A DNA stretch of 64,000 bases from Candidatus Methanomethylicia archaeon. GTDB taxonomy: Archaea > Thermoproteota > Methanomethylicia > Culexarchaeales > Culexarchaeaceae. Below are positions 1-10,798 of this stretch, piece by piece. The stretch spans positions 288,001-352,000 of the forward strand of contig JAVYVS010000001.1 of assembly GCA_038727515.1 (NCBI GenBank). The letters are read 5' to 3'. Position numbers and translations under genes: made by a program. The notes beneath the pieces were generated by a model. That model had not been told where the DNA came from. It ran no database searches and saw only the letters and a list, made by a program, of their open reading frames with translations. Within the stretch, counting starts at the first letter, position 1. Each line of letters opens with the position of its first letter.

Positions 1-1
1 T

Positions 2-1129
2 CTAGTTAACATTATAAATAAAGCTGGTGTTTATCCAACAAGGAATTTCCAAACTGGGGTTTTCCCCACTGCAGATAGAACTAGTGGTGAAGTATTGGCT
101 GAGAAATATATGGATTGGGAGAAGTATAGGGAGGAGATATGTTGGGGTTGCCCAATTGGGTGTGCTAGGTATACTAGGGTTGTGAAGTCGCCGTTTAGTG
201 GTGAGGGTGGTGGACCTGAATATGAGACTGTTTGGGCTTTTGGAGCTCAGACTGGGACTGATGATATTGAGGCTATAAGTAAAGCTAATTATTTATGTAA
301 TGAGTTGGGTCTTGACACTATATCCATGGGTCACACGATTGGGACTTTTATGGAGCTTGTGGAGAAGGGTAAAATTCCTCTAGAGAAGCTTAGGGGGTTG
401 AATGTTAAGTGGGGTGTTCCAGAGGTTATTGTTGAACTTGTTTGGCGTACTGCTTATAGGTCTGGTGTGGGTGATGATTTGGCTGAGGGATCTTTGAGGT
501 TAGCTACTAAGTATGGTGCTCCAGAATTGGCTATGGTGGTTAGAGGTCAAGAATTACCTGCTTATGATCCTAGGGGTGTTCAAGGTCATGGTTTAGCTTA
601 TGCCACTAGTAATAGGGGTGGATGCCACTTAAGAGCCTACTTGATCTCTCCTGAAATTTTAGGTGTTCCTGAACTTGTGGATAGATTTGAAACTAGGGGT
701 AAAGCGAAATTGGTTAAACACTTCCAAGATGTCTTTGCAGTTATAGATTCACTGGTTGTATGTAAGTTTTCATCTTTTGCTGTTTGGGTTGAAGATTATG
801 CTAAATGGTTGACTGCTGTAACTGGTGTGGAATTTACTGGTAGAGATCTTGAGATTATTGGTGAGAGGATATATAATGCTGAAAGAGCTTTCAACGTTTT
901 ATCCTTTGGTGATGGGAGAGCTTATGATACGTTGCCTAAGAGGCTACTGGAGGAACCTATGCCTGAAGGGCCCAGTAAAGGTTATGTTGTTAAATTAGGT
1001 GAAATGTTAGATGAGTATTATAGTGTTAGAGGGTGGATTGATGGTAGACCTTCTAGAGCTAAACTAGAAGAGTTAGATCTCAAATGGATTGCCTATAGAC
1101 TTGAAGAGGAAGGTTTACTACCTGGATAA
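2..1129 (+). CDS. aor: Tungsten-dependent aldehyde:ferredoxin oxidoreductase family, 5'-truncated by the window edge
   Basis: The frame is open from base 2 (LVNIINKAGVYPTRNFQTG). AOR motifs present: CWGCPIGC, GPEYET, CNELGLDTIS, YDPRG, SNRGGCHL, EYYSVRGW. Confidence 0.93.
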   Translation, partial: LVNIINKAGVYPTRNFQTGVFPTADRTSGEVLAEKYMDWEKYREEICWGCPIGCARYTRVVKSPFSGEGGGPEYETVWAFGAQTGTDDIEAISKANYLCNELGLDTISMGHTIGTFMELVEKGKIPLEKLRGLNVKWGVPEVIVELVWRTAYRSGVGDDLAEGSLRLATKYGAPELAMVVRGQELPAYDPRGVQGHGLAYATSNRGGCHLRAYLISPEILGVPELVDRFETRGKAKLVKHFQDVFAVIDSLVVCKFSSFAVWVEDYAKWLTAVTGVEFTGRDLEIIGERIYNAERAFNVLSFGDGRAYDTLPKRLLEEPMPEGPSKGYVVKLGEMLDEYYSVRGWIDGRPSRAKLEELDLKWIAYRLEEEGLLPG

Positions 1130-1337
1130 ATTTAATTTCCCCCTTTATTTTTTAGGATTCTCTGATGAAGTAATGGAATATTGGATTGCTTTATAAATGG
1201 TAGTGGTGTTAACGAAATTTAAATCAATTTATCTTAAAAATATTAGGTGAGAGTTATATTACTTAGTTTTCATTAAGTTAATTCTCCAAATTCTTTGTTT
1301 CCAAAAGCTATTTAAAATTGCAAATAATATTTTTTCT

Positions 1338-2471
1338 ATGGTTAAACCTTTTGAGCAAGGTAGATTGAGGGGTTTATTGGAGAAAGATGCTATTCATTTT
1401 AGATTGAATGAAGTTCGTAAACTTCTGGATTTTATGGAGATGGATCTTGAAGATTTATTGAGGTTGAGGAGTGATAGGTTGAAGTATGTTCCTGAGAGGT
1501 TTTTGGAGGAGTGTAGGGGTATTGCTGAGGGGGCTGGTGTAAGGTTTGAGGAGATTTTATTTTTGGATTTCGGTTTAGTTTTTGAGCAGATTTTTAAGTT
1601 TGAGTGTACAGCTTTCGCTATTCCAAGGAGTTATAGTGTTGATGGTTCAATTATGCTTTTGAAGAATAGAGATCTTGGTTTTAGGAGGTTCCACCCACAG
1701 GTTTTAGCTTACTCTAATATTGATGGTTATAATAGGTTTTTAGGTGTTGTTTCTGCTGGTAGTGTATGTTGGTATCAGGGGGTTAATGAGAAGGGTTTAA
1801 TAGCATTTAATACTGCTACTCCCAGTGAAATTATTGATCCAGTTAAGGCTCAAGGTATGGGGGTTGCCATATTGATTAGAAGGATTTTAGAGGAGTGTGA
1901 TGATGTTGATGAAGCTTTAAAGTTAGTTTTTGATTTTGGAGGTGGTGTATCATCAAATCTCTTTTTAGCTGATTATAATAGGATTGTGGTGGTGGAATTG
2001 AAGGCTGGTTTAACGCCGTATGTTTGGGAGATTAAGGAACCTGATTGTCGAGCAAATCATTATTTATTGCATGTTAATCCAGAACCTAAAGAGCCGCTTG
2101 AAGTTTTAACTAGAAATTACACTTTATTGAGGTATGCTAGGGGGAAGATGCTTTTGAAGGGTAAAGAGAAGATTGGTGTAGATGACTTGGTTGAGTTTAG
2201 TCGGGATCATTTTAATGGTCCTGGCCCTGCATCTATATGTAGACATCCGCCGATGGTTGGAAGTCCATTGGTAAAGTTGTTATCGTCTACAACTTTATCT
2301 GCACAGATATTTAAGGTTGGGGAGGGGATAGAGGTTTATACAGCTTTGGGATATCCATGTCAAACAAACTTTATACATACAGTGTTTGGAGGGGATATAC
2401 CTATTGAAGCTTCTTCTGGAGTTGTATGGTTAACTCAATATAAGAGGAAATGTAAGAGTAATATAGATTAG
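1338..2471 (+). CDS. C45 family autoproteolytic Ntn-hydrolase/acyltransferase
   Basis: EECRGIAEGAG N-terminal motif, ECTAF (Cys nucleophile), KNRD, GVNEKGL, ANH. Confidence 0.8.
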   Translation: MVKPFEQGRLRGLLEKDAIHFRLNEVRKLLDFMEMDLEDLLRLRSDRLKYVPERFLEECRGIAEGAGVRFEEILFLDFGLVFEQIFKFECTAFAIPRSYSVDGSIMLLKNRDLGFRRFHPQVLAYSNIDGYNRFLGVVSAGSVCWYQGVNEKGLIAFNTATPSEIIDPVKAQGMGVAILIRRILEECDDVDEALKLVFDFGGGVSSNLFLADYNRIVVVELKAGLTPYVWEIKEPDCRANHYLLHVNPEPKEPLEVLTRNYTLLRYARGKMLLKGKEKIGVDDLVEFSRDHFNGPGPASICRHPPMVGSPLVKLLSSTTLSAQIFKVGEGIEVYTALGYPCQTNFIHTVFGGDIPIEASSGVVWLTQYKRKCKSNID

Positions 2472-2524
2472 ATTTCTTAAATCACTTATTTGGAGAAGGT
2501 TATTTTTATCTTTAAGTATTGTAA

Positions 2525-4219
2525 ATGAGTTTTTGTATGCTTCCACATATTTTTAGGTTGAAGTTTTTTACTCTTATTCTAATTATTTCTGTATGTACTC
2601 TTTGGTTTGGATGTTCTAATTATTCTAATCATATTCATCAATTTAATGGTTTTGCTTATGGTCAGATTGCTGATTATAGTGTTGTTTTATTTAATGTTAC
2701 TTTATATGTTCGTGAAGATAATACTGTTAGGGTTATTGAAGTTTTCAATCTCATATTTGAAAATCTGAATATTAGGAGATTTTCTAGGACTATTTATATT
2801 GAGGGTTTTGAGGATGTTGTTTTTGAAGATGTTTCTTCTCCAGATGTTAAAGTGGTTAATTGGAGTGTTTCCACCTTTCTAAATTATAAGAGGTTGGATG
2901 TATCTTTTGATAAGAGTCCTTTTCAGAGGACTGCTACAATAATTATAGTCTATACTGTGTATGGTGTTTTAACTGTTGAAGATGGTATGAATAAGCTTGT
3001 TTGGCCTGTTATAAAGATGGTTCATGATGCTGTTTTCATTGATGTTTATACTAATGTAATTATACCTAGGGTTTATATTGATCCCACAGTTATATCTTGT
3101 GATCCTAATCCCATTAAAATTGAATTTAATGTTAATTTCACTAGGGTCATTTTTTATGTTAGGTTTATAGTGAAATCTGATTATTATGTTATGGTTAAAT
3201 TTCCAAAGATTACTGAGAGGGTGAGGGATTATTTTATTTTTAGGGATCAACCATGTGAATCTGCAATTTTAATATTCTTATTTACAACTATGATCATGTT
3301 AATTCTATATTATTTTAAGGGTAGAATTCCAAGTGTTGAATCATCAGTATTTACATATTATGCTAAGCCTCCTTCAAATCTAACTCCTATGGAAGCATCA
3401 TATTTAATGTATAGGGAATTGAATGAGTGTCAAATTTTATCTACCTTGATTGATTTAGCCATTAGGAAGTGCTTGATATTGGAGTATAATGGTGTAAACG
3501 TGTATTTTTATAGGAGTTTTGAAGCCACTATGTTTCCAAGGGCATATTTAAGGGATTATGAGGTTAAACTTCTTGATATAGTAGATGTAGCTAGGAATCC
3601 AATTGATTTATTTATGGAGAAATGGAGTGAAGTGAAGAGGATTGGTGGAATGGTTGAGAATGAATTAATGCGTAAAGGATATTTCCATAGTTCTCCTTCA
3701 AATCTTAGGAAGACTTTTCTAATAATTGGTTTAACTCTATTCATAGTTAGCCTTGTGATTCTACTTGTCAATCCAATTTTTGGGAGGAGTTTCTGGGAGT
3801 TTGCAAGATACTTTTATGGATTATTTCTTGGTTTAATGTTTTCAAGCATCCCAGTGATATCAATTGGATGCATCCTATTTAAGAGTTATACTATTGATGG
3901 AGCTCGAGAACTAAGTTTGTGGAGGAATTATATAGATTTTATTTGTGGGAGGAATCCCATTATAACGGGTTCAAGGGAGGATTTTGAGAGGCAATTAGTA
4001 TATGTTGTTGCTTTAGCTCCTGAACTTTTTGAGTTTTGGGCTAATAATTGGATTGGAAGGTTGAGGTATATTCCAGATTGGATTAAAATTAAGGTTGAGA
4101 ATTTTAGTGTTGATGAGAGTGATGAAGGATTTAGAAGATTTATCAATATTTTGAGGATAATTGTAGTTGAATTTAAAGATTTTAGATATAGAATGCTCAT
4201 TAGGAAGTTGGGATTTTAA
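2525..4219 (+). CDS. DUF2207-like membrane protein
   Basis: N-terminal signal/TM, beta-rich ectodomain (VREDNTVRVIE, YTVYG, LVWPVI), PPSNLTPMEA, STLIDLAIR, C-terminal TM pair and YVVAL. Confidence 0.7.
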   Translation: MSFCMLPHIFRLKFFTLILIISVCTLWFGCSNYSNHIHQFNGFAYGQIADYSVVLFNVTLYVREDNTVRVIEVFNLIFENLNIRRFSRTIYIEGFEDVVFEDVSSPDVKVVNWSVSTFLNYKRLDVSFDKSPFQRTATIIIVYTVYGVLTVEDGMNKLVWPVIKMVHDAVFIDVYTNVIIPRVYIDPTVISCDPNPIKIEFNVNFTRVIFYVRFIVKSDYYVMVKFPKITERVRDYFIFRDQPCESAILIFLFTTMIMLILYYFKGRIPSVESSVFTYYAKPPSNLTPMEASYLMYRELNECQILSTLIDLAIRKCLILEYNGVNVYFYRSFEATMFPRAYLRDYEVKLLDIVDVARNPIDLFMEKWSEVKRIGGMVENELMRKGYFHSSPSNLRKTFLIIGLTLFIVSLVILLVNPIFGRSFWEFARYFYGLFLGLMFSSIPVISIGCILFKSYTIDGARELSLWRNYIDFICGRNPIITGSREDFERQLVYVVALAPELFEFWANNWIGRLRYIPDWIKIKVENFSVDESDEGFRRFINILRIIVVEFKDFRYRMLIRKLGF

Positions 4220-4267
4220 TAGATTACAAATTTAAACCTTAAATTCACCTTTTAACATATTTAGGTA

Positions 4268-5329
4268 TTGATGTATATGAATAAAGGTTTCCCCGTAATA
4301 ATTCTAGTAATAGCATTATTATCTATTGCATTGTATAGTCCATGTGTAAATGCGCAGGGTAAAATTAAGATTTTAACTATTAGTCCTTATGGTGGTTGGT
4401 CTACGCAGGCAGCTTCACTTTTAAGTGCTATTTCCATGTATGGTGATGTAACTCAAATTGTCCTTGGTACTGGTGAATATACACTTGACTTCTTCCTTCA
4501 ATTTGATGTTATATATACTGAGAGTTGTAGTGGTTGGAAATCTTATCCTCAGATGCTTGGTAAAATTGGAAGTGCGGTTTATGAGGGGAAGAGTCTTATT
4601 GTATGTGTAACTTCACTTTATGATCCTAGTCCAGCTAATGCATGGGTTTCTGTGGCTAGATTTAGTACTCCAAAGGATTGGGTGGAGTATAATATTGTTT
4701 CAAGTAATTTAACTATTGGCGTTAAGAGTATTAAGGGTAGTGAGCATTGGCTTTTTCTCTATGGTGGTTATCCACTGGTTTTAACCCCTATGAAGCCTGA
4801 ATTTCCTGAGGAGCCTGCAGCATTAGCGGTTTATGGTTTTCATGGTGCTGGTAGATATGCTGTTTTTGTTGGTGAACTCTTTAATCCGTCGAGGACTGTT
4901 GGTGATGTTGGTAGACTTGTATCTAATGTTATGTATTGGCTTACTGGTAGAGGTATTCCGCCTCCACCATCAGTTATGGAAATTTGGGGGAGGATTGTGG
5001 AGCTTGATTCATTGGTTGATGAATTATACGAGAAGGTTTTAGATTTAAATTCCACTTTGAATTCAATTAGATCTCAAATACCTAAATTAGTTGAATTGGA
5101 TGTTTTACAGGTGAAGGTGAATGATTTATCTATACAATTAAATCAATTAATGCAGAAGGTTAATGATTTATCTAGGGGTATTGATAATCTTTCAAAACAA
5201 TTCAATGATTTAATGAGGGAGTTTTCAACTTTAAGAACTTTAAGTTACTTGTCGATTATAGCTTTATTCCTAAGTTTGGCATCCATGGCATTACTCCTTG
5301 TGGGGAAGATAAAATTACCTGGGCTCTAG
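4268..5329 (+). CDS. Exported alpha/beta-domain protein with coiled-coil stalk and C-terminal membrane anchor
   Basis: Signal peptide, a GATase/ThuA-like ending (GAGRYAVF...NVMYWL), PPPP linker, heptad coil, C-terminal TM. Confidence 0.6.
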   Translation: MMYMNKGFPVIILVIALLSIALYSPCVNAQGKIKILTISPYGGWSTQAASLLSAISMYGDVTQIVLGTGEYTLDFFLQFDVIYTESCSGWKSYPQMLGKIGSAVYEGKSLIVCVTSLYDPSPANAWVSVARFSTPKDWVEYNIVSSNLTIGVKSIKGSEHWLFLYGGYPLVLTPMKPEFPEEPAALAVYGFHGAGRYAVFVGELFNPSRTVGDVGRLVSNVMYWLTGRGIPPPPSVMEIWGRIVELDSLVDELYEKVLDLNSTLNSIRSQIPKLVELDVLQVKVNDLSIQLNQLMQKVNDLSRGIDNLSKQFNDLMREFSTLRTLSYLSIIALFLSLASMALLLVGKIKLPGL

Positions 5330-5515
5330 TTAATCTACTTAGGTTGAATTGTGGGGGCATCTTAATAAGGGCTTAAATGATGATGGTTACTTAAAAATTT
5401 ACAATTTTTACAAAATCTTTTATGCCATGAATATCCTAGCATTAAATTGTCCTTATATTGATGAATCTTTATGGGGTGATTAAACATATTTAAATCTTGT
5501 TGTTTACATTGTGTG

Positions 5516-6958
5516 TTAATATGATTTTGCGAAGTATGCTACTTCTTTTGCTTCTTTTCCACAGTATATGCATTTTGAGAATGGTTCTTCTCTTTCGAGG
5601 GGGATTAATCTAATTGTAGCTCCAGTTTCCTCTTTAATTTTTTCTTCACATTCTCTATTTCCACACCATGAAGCTTTTATGAATCCTCCTTTTTCACTTA
5701 GAATCTTTTTAAATTCTTCATAGTTTTCTACTCTTGTTATTTTTTCCTCTAGGAATTTCTTGGCTCTATTGTATAGGTTTCGCTGTATTTCTTCTAAGAG
5801 CTTTTTGATTGCTTCCACCATTTCTTCTTCTTTTACTGTTATTCTCTCGTAGGTGTCTCTTCTTGCAATGGTTATTTGTTCCTTCTTTATTTCCATGGAT
5901 CCTATTTCTATTCTTAGGGGTATTCCTCTAAGCTCCCAATGATTGTATTTCCATCCTGGGGTGTATTCTAATCTATCGTCTAGGATTGTTGATATTCCAG
6001 ATGCTGATAGTTTTCCCTGTATGCTCTTGGCTTTTTCAATTATCTTTTCTATTTCCATGTCTTTTGAGGGTATTGGGATTATTACTACTTGTGTTGGTGC
6101 TATTCTTGGTGGTAGTATTAAGCCTTTATCGTCTCCATGAACCATGACCATGGCTCCTATGAGGCGTGTGCTGAATCCCCATGAGGTTTGCCAAACGTAG
6201 TGTTCTTTTCCATCTCTACCCATAAATTTGATTTCAAAAACTTTGGAGAAGTTTTGTCCGAGGTTGTGGGATGTTGCCATTTGTAGTGCTTTTCCATCGG
6301 GCATTATGGCTTCTAGTGTTGTTGTGTATAATGCTCCAGCGAATTTTTCACTTTCACTTTTCCTTCCAGCTAGTACTGGGATAGCTAGGTAATTCTCTAT
6401 TAAATCTTTGTATTCATTTAGTATTTCCATGACTTCTCTATCAGCTTCTTCTTTTGTTTCATGGGCTGTATGTCCTTCTTGCCATAGGAATTCTCTGGTT
6501 CTTATGAAGGGTTTAGTGCCCTTTGTATCCCATCTTACTACGCTACACCATTGATTTAATTTTACTGGGAGATCCCTCCAGCTTTTAATCCATTTGGCAT
6601 ATGTTGCGCAGATTATTGTTTCTGATGTTGGTCTTATAGCTAATTTCTCTTCTAATACTTCATCTCCACCCATGGTTACCCATGCTACTTCTGGTACGAA
6701 TCCTGAGAAGTGTTCTGCTTCCTTTTTGAGTAGGCTTTCTGGTATGAAGAGTGGGAAATACACGTTTCTATGTCCAGTTCTCTTAATTTTTTCGTTAAAT
6801 ATTTCTTGGATCTTCTCCCATATGGCATATGCAAGTTCTCTAAAGATTATGCATCCCTTTATTGGGGCATAATCTACTAATCCAGATTTCAAAATTACTT
6901 GTGTATACCATTCTGAGAAATCCTCTGATTTTTTAACTGTGAGACCTAATTCCGACAT
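5516..6958 (-). CDS. proS: Proline--tRNA ligase, archaeal/eukaryotic type
   Basis: DFSEWY, RPTSET, FIRTREFLWQEGHT, SWGFSTR and C-terminal CIYCG...FAKSY. ATG at 6958 follows a GAGGTGA RBS. Confidence 0.97.
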   Translation of the reverse strand: MSELGLTVKKSEDFSEWYTQVILKSGLVDYAPIKGCIIFRELAYAIWEKIQEIFNEKIKRTGHRNVYFPLFIPESLLKKEAEHFSGFVPEVAWVTMGGDEVLEEKLAIRPTSETIICATYAKWIKSWRDLPVKLNQWCSVVRWDTKGTKPFIRTREFLWQEGHTAHETKEEADREVMEILNEYKDLIENYLAIPVLAGRKSESEKFAGALYTTTLEAIMPDGKALQMATSHNLGQNFSKVFEIKFMGRDGKEHYVWQTSWGFSTRLIGAMVMVHGDDKGLILPPRIAPTQVVIIPIPSKDMEIEKIIEKAKSIQGKLSASGISTILDDRLEYTPGWKYNHWELRGIPLRIEIGSMEIKKEQITIARRDTYERITVKEEEMVEAIKKLLEEIQRNLYNRAKKFLEEKITRVENYEEFKKILSEKGGFIKASWCGNRECEEKIKEETGATIRLIPLEREEPFSKCIYCGKEAKEVAYFAKSY

Positions 6959-7110
6959 TGATTTCACCTCTTACATTTAATAGTGTTATGGTTTATTATG
7001 GATTCAAGGTTGATTTTATTATTTTGGTTGAGGGTTTTATGGAATTGATTCACCCATTTCAATACACTTATGTTAAATTTATTTTGCATATTATTTAAAG
7101 TTTATTATGA

Positions 7111-7725
7111 TTACATTTTCCTAATGATTTTTGCTATTGCTAATGATGGTATTATGGATATTATTGTGTGGAGTATATTGAATAAGGCTGTGAAAGCCAT
7201 TATCCAAAATAATTTCTCTAATGGGGTTGCTATGTTTATTCCAGTGGTTAAAGTTATGGATTTTACTGCTATATCTATGAAGAATGGGAATAACCACCAT
7301 AATATGATGTAATTGAATATGCCCATAACCATTACCCTTAGTGTAGCTCCACCTATGAGCATCAATATACCCCTAGTTTTACTAGTGAAGTATTCTATGG
7401 GTGCATTTTTAAATCCAGATGCTATCCATATTCCAATTATAGTTGAGATTATTGCTGCAAATTTCATGGCCGGTCCAATTGGAACCCAGCTTCCAAAGAC
7501 ATTTAGTATAATCCATAAGGTTATTGATGATACTATTCCTGGAAATGTTCCAAAGGTTAAGAAGGCTATCATAACTGGGATTTCTGCTACATCAAATTTT
7601 AAATATGGTATTACTGGGAATGGTATACTTAGGGGGAGAGCTGTTAATATTGCTGAAAGAGCTGCAAAGGCTGCTGAAATCGAAATTCTAAAGGTTCTAT
7701 TCTCTATGAGGCTTGGGTTTTTCAT
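7111..7725 (-). CDS. ECF transporter S component (RibU/PanT-like)
   Basis: About 6 TM helices, IPFPVIPYLKFDVAEIP motif, FNILH near the C-terminus. Confidence 0.8.
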   Translation of the reverse strand: MKNPSLIENRTFRISISAAFAALSAILTALPLSIPFPVIPYLKFDVAEIPVMIAFLTFGTFPGIVSSITLWIILNVFGSWVPIGPAMKFAAIISTIIGIWIASGFKNAPIEYFTSKTRGILMLIGGATLRVMVMGIFNYIILWWLFPFFIDIAVKSITLTTGINIATPLEKLFWIMAFTALFNILHTIISIIPSLAIAKIIRKM

Positions 7726-7808
7726 AATCTTCTACTCAATTTTAAGTTTATACTCAATTTTGATATATAAAATTTTCCAATAAATTTAATTCATTATTAA
7801 TTTTTCAT

Positions 7809-8267
7809 TTATTTTCTAATGTATTTTCTGCCTGTAATCTTCTTTGGTGTTATTATGCATATCCTCACTCTTTTCAATTCTTCTTCTAGATTTCTACTTG
7901 TTTTACTCATGTATTGTTCTAGAGGTTCTGGAATTCTATATTTATCTATGAGTTTCTGTAGGTATGGTTTTATTTCTTCAGGGTTTTCTAGTATTTCAAT
8001 GGTTCCCTGTATTATTACACTTTTATACATGGATATGTCTGATGTGGCTTCATCTACTTCAAAACATACATTCCTATTCCTTTTTATTGCTTCCATCTTC
8101 AAACCTTTTTCACATGTATGGAAGGCTATTTTCCCATCAACGTATACGTATCCTAAGGGTATAATGTATGGGTATCCATCTATGCATACTCCAAGTCTAC
8201 CAACTCTTGCACATGTTAGGAAAAGTTTGATTTCCTCTAAACTCATATCCTCAGACAAATTTAACAC
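7809..8267 (-). CDS. Pyridoxamine 5'-phosphate oxidase-like flavin-binding protein (NimA family)
   Basis: VGRLG, YPYIIPLGY, FH...GLKM, NVCFEVD, YKSVIIQG, ITGRK. Confidence 0.85.
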   Translation of the reverse strand: MLNLSEDMSLEEIKLFLTCARVGRLGVCIDGYPYIIPLGYVYVDGKIAFHTCEKGLKMEAIKRNRNVCFEVDEATSDISMYKSVIIQGTIEILENPEEIKPYLQKLIDKYRIPEPLEQYMSKTSRNLEEELKRVRICIITPKKITGRKYIRK

Positions 8268-8369
8268 TATAATTAATTGTTAAGTAGCGATTTAACCTTT
8301 TTGAAATTATTGAAGTTAAATTTACATTATTACCCTCTAAAAGTAGTGTTATTGTAGATTTATTTATTT

Positions 8370-8843
8370 TTAGATTGGTGGTGGCCATGGTCTATATCTT
8401 CTCATCAACCTTCGTAGGAATAATCTAATCATGGCTATAATCATCATAATTATAGTTAAGATTATTAGGTATTCTCCTAGAGGTAATCTAATTCCACTAT
8501 AGGTTAGAGTGTAGAAGATTATAATTGATATTATGAGGCTTAGGGGCATTGTAAATAAAATCCAAGTATATTGAAGCCAGCTGCGTCTTTTCCCTCTATA
8601 ACCAGTTTTAAGGTATTGTTCCTGTAATTGTTTAAGTCTATTTTCGTCAAGATAATATTTGCCGTTAACTTCAATAAATATCTTTAATTGGCCAAGTCTT
8701 CTATTCATTGCTTGTTTAAACCATGGTGGCAACCCCAATTCATCTATGGTTAAAGCTCTCTCGGGACTAGTAGCATTCTTCTCTCTAAACTTCTCTATTA
8801 ACATCATAATTCTTTCAATGGTTTTTCTTCTATCCCTCAACAT
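8370..8843 (-). CDS. Hypothetical protein with soluble N-domain and two C-terminal TM helices
   Basis: ATSPERALTIDELG...GKYYLDE soluble domain followed by two hydrophobic segments. Confidence 0.65.
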   Translation of the reverse strand: MLRDRRKTIERIMMLIEKFREKNATSPERALTIDELGLPPWFKQAMNRRLGQLKIFIEVNGKYYLDENRLKQLQEQYLKTGYRGKRRSWLQYTWILFTMPLSLIISIIIFYTLTYSGIRLPLGEYLIILTIIMMIIAMIRLFLRRLMRRYRPWPPPI

Positions 8844-8972
8844 TATGTTTCCACAATCACTTACCCTATGTAATTCTTTATAAAGGTATTGTTGAATTGG
8901 GTTGAATATCCTTCAAGTTTTAGGTGGGGGATTTGAGTGTGAGTAATTGTTGGATTATGATTCTCAATTTAT

Positions 8973-9657
8973 TTGGGGATATGCTTATTCATATGTTCAC
9001 ATATATATTGTTTGGTGTTTATTTTGGGTTTTGAGGATGTTTCCACATTGCTTTTAATGGTTCGTGATGAGCTTGTTAAAGTTACTGTGGGTGGTTGGAT
9101 TGAAGATTCCCGTGAAATTCCTAAACGCTATTTCATTATGAATTGTTTTGATGAGACTGTAGCTTTTCTGGGTTTAATTCTCGGATCTTTTTATGGTGGC
9201 TTCTTAATTCCAAAGATCATATTTATTTCACTTTTAAATGCAGGTTTTGCTATGGCTATTTCTTCTTTTACTGTGGCTTTACTTGTGGAAAGTGCTGAGG
9301 TTGATAGGCTTTTAGAGTTTGTTTCAAGTAGATTGGGTTCTGGAGGTATGTTTATGATTAGACTTAGAAGTTTTTGTTGGGGTCATGTTTTTAAGAGTGC
9401 ATTTGCTAATGGTGCTTCAGCTCTCCTCTCTACAGCTCTCATAGGTTTACCATATCTCTTTGCGTTACTAAATGTTTTTTTCAGCTTTTGATGCATTCTA
9501 TATCTCGCTAATAGTAGTCGTATTTTTACTATTGATTTTAGGTTTTATGCTTGGTAGAATTGCTAAACGGAGGAGTATGGTGTACTGTCTATTAACTATG
9601 AGTTCAGGTGTTTTAACGGGGTTTATTAGTATGTTGCTTGGATTACTTGGCGCTTAA
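8973..9657 (+). pseudogene. VIT1/CCC1-family membrane protein split by a frameshift in a T7 run
   Basis: RYFIMNCFD and AMAISSF...ESAE motifs. Deleting one T from 9475-9481 fuses ORFs 8973-9491 and 9472-9657 (NVFSAFDAFY). Confidence 0.7.
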
Positions 9658-9772
9658 ATCTTCTATTCATTATGAATTGTATTATTAGGTTTAACTTTGG
9701 ATTTTGTTTGTTTTTCAAGTTATCTTATGAGTTAAACTTATAAGATAGTGTATGGAGTTTTTGTTGGGTTTT

Positions 9773-10033
9773 ATGTCTATGGGTGTTGTTGTGAAGGTTC
9801 ATAGGAAGGGTATTATTGTTTTGCCTAAGAGTGTTAGGGATGCTCTTAATATTGTTGAGGGGACTTTATTGGAGTTGAGGGTTGATGGTGATACTATAGT
9901 TTTGAGGTCTCTGGATCTTTGGGATAGGGTTTGGGGTGGCTGTAAAGGTTTAGGGGATGTGGAATCTTTTGAGGGGGAATTGGATTTTGAGGAGGAGGAG
10001 TTTTGGAGGAGAAGGGCGAAGTTGATTCGGTGA
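9773..10033 (+). CDS. AbrB/MazE-type antitoxin (VapB)
   Basis: VKVHRKGIIVLPKSVRDALNIVEGTLL swapped-hairpin motif; GTGA overlap with the PIN gene. Confidence 0.85.
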   Translation: MSMGVVVKVHRKGIIVLPKSVRDALNIVEGTLLELRVDGDTIVLRSLDLWDRVWGGCKGLGDVESFEGELDFEEEEFWRRRAKLIR

Positions 10034-10461
10034 TCATTGATACTTATACTCTTCTTGCCATGGCATATGGACAATTGGGTGGAAATGCTGAAAAGATTTT
10101 ATTGGGGGTTAGGGGTAGGAGGATTCTTGGTTTAATTCCTGTTACAGTGGTTTATGAGTATTGTGTACATTGGTATATGGGTAGGATACCTGTTTTAAAG
10201 AGTTTGGATGAGGTTAAAACGTTTCTATCTAGCTATTTTAAAATAGTTGATTTATCTATGGATGATTATATGAATGCTTCTAGAATAAAGGTTGAGGGGG
10301 ATAGGATTTTGAGGGATCTTAGAGTTATGGGGGATAGGAGTATAAGTCTTGTTGATGCTACAATTATAGCTGTAGCATTTAGATATAAAGCTCCAATAGT
10401 TACTGGAGATTTAGATTTAAGTTGTGTTGCTAAGGCTATGGGGTTTAAGGTTATTTGGTAG
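10030..10461 (+). CDS. vapC: PIN-domain toxin VapC
   Basis: IIDT, VVYE, SLVDATIIA, IVTGD acidic PIN residues. Confidence 0.85.
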   Translation: MIIDTYTLLAMAYGQLGGNAEKILLGVRGRRILGLIPVTVVYEYCVHWYMGRIPVLKSLDEVKTFLSSYFKIVDLSMDDYMNASRIKVEGDRILRDLRVMGDRSISLVDATIIAVAFRYKAPIVTGDLDLSCVAKAMGFKVIW

Positions 10462-10798
10462 TTTAACTTATCTATAGCATTTCTTTAATTCTCTTGTCTT
10501 TTTTTGTTTTCCTTCTCTCTCTATATTGTTACTAAGAGTTCTAATTTGCTTAAAGCATAAACCAATAATTTACTCTAATTTATAATGCTTTACTAAATTC
10601 TTCTCAGCTTTAATACCATTTCAATTTTAGGTTTGTTCCTTAGGAAATCGGTTAAACCCTTTAATCATAAGTAGTAAGTTGGAAGTCTCCTTTAGCAATA
10701 TTACTGGTTTTCGGGGTTTAACTGTTGGGAGTAAATGTTTCAATTTGTGTGGTAGTAATATTTTTATACTAAGTGTTGGTAGTATTTTTGGTGGTATT

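Noticed and set aside
7313-8283. Long + strand ORFs 7313-7783 and 7819-8283 (also 21848-22234, 30678-31220, 40328-40879, 51617-52096 and similar)
   Set aside because: They are antisense shadows of well-supported genes and carry no motifs of their own.
10462-10650. Purine-rich minus-strand stretch between the vapBC modules as a gene relic
   Set aside because: It is interrupted by stops and has no recognisable motif, so it cannot be supported.
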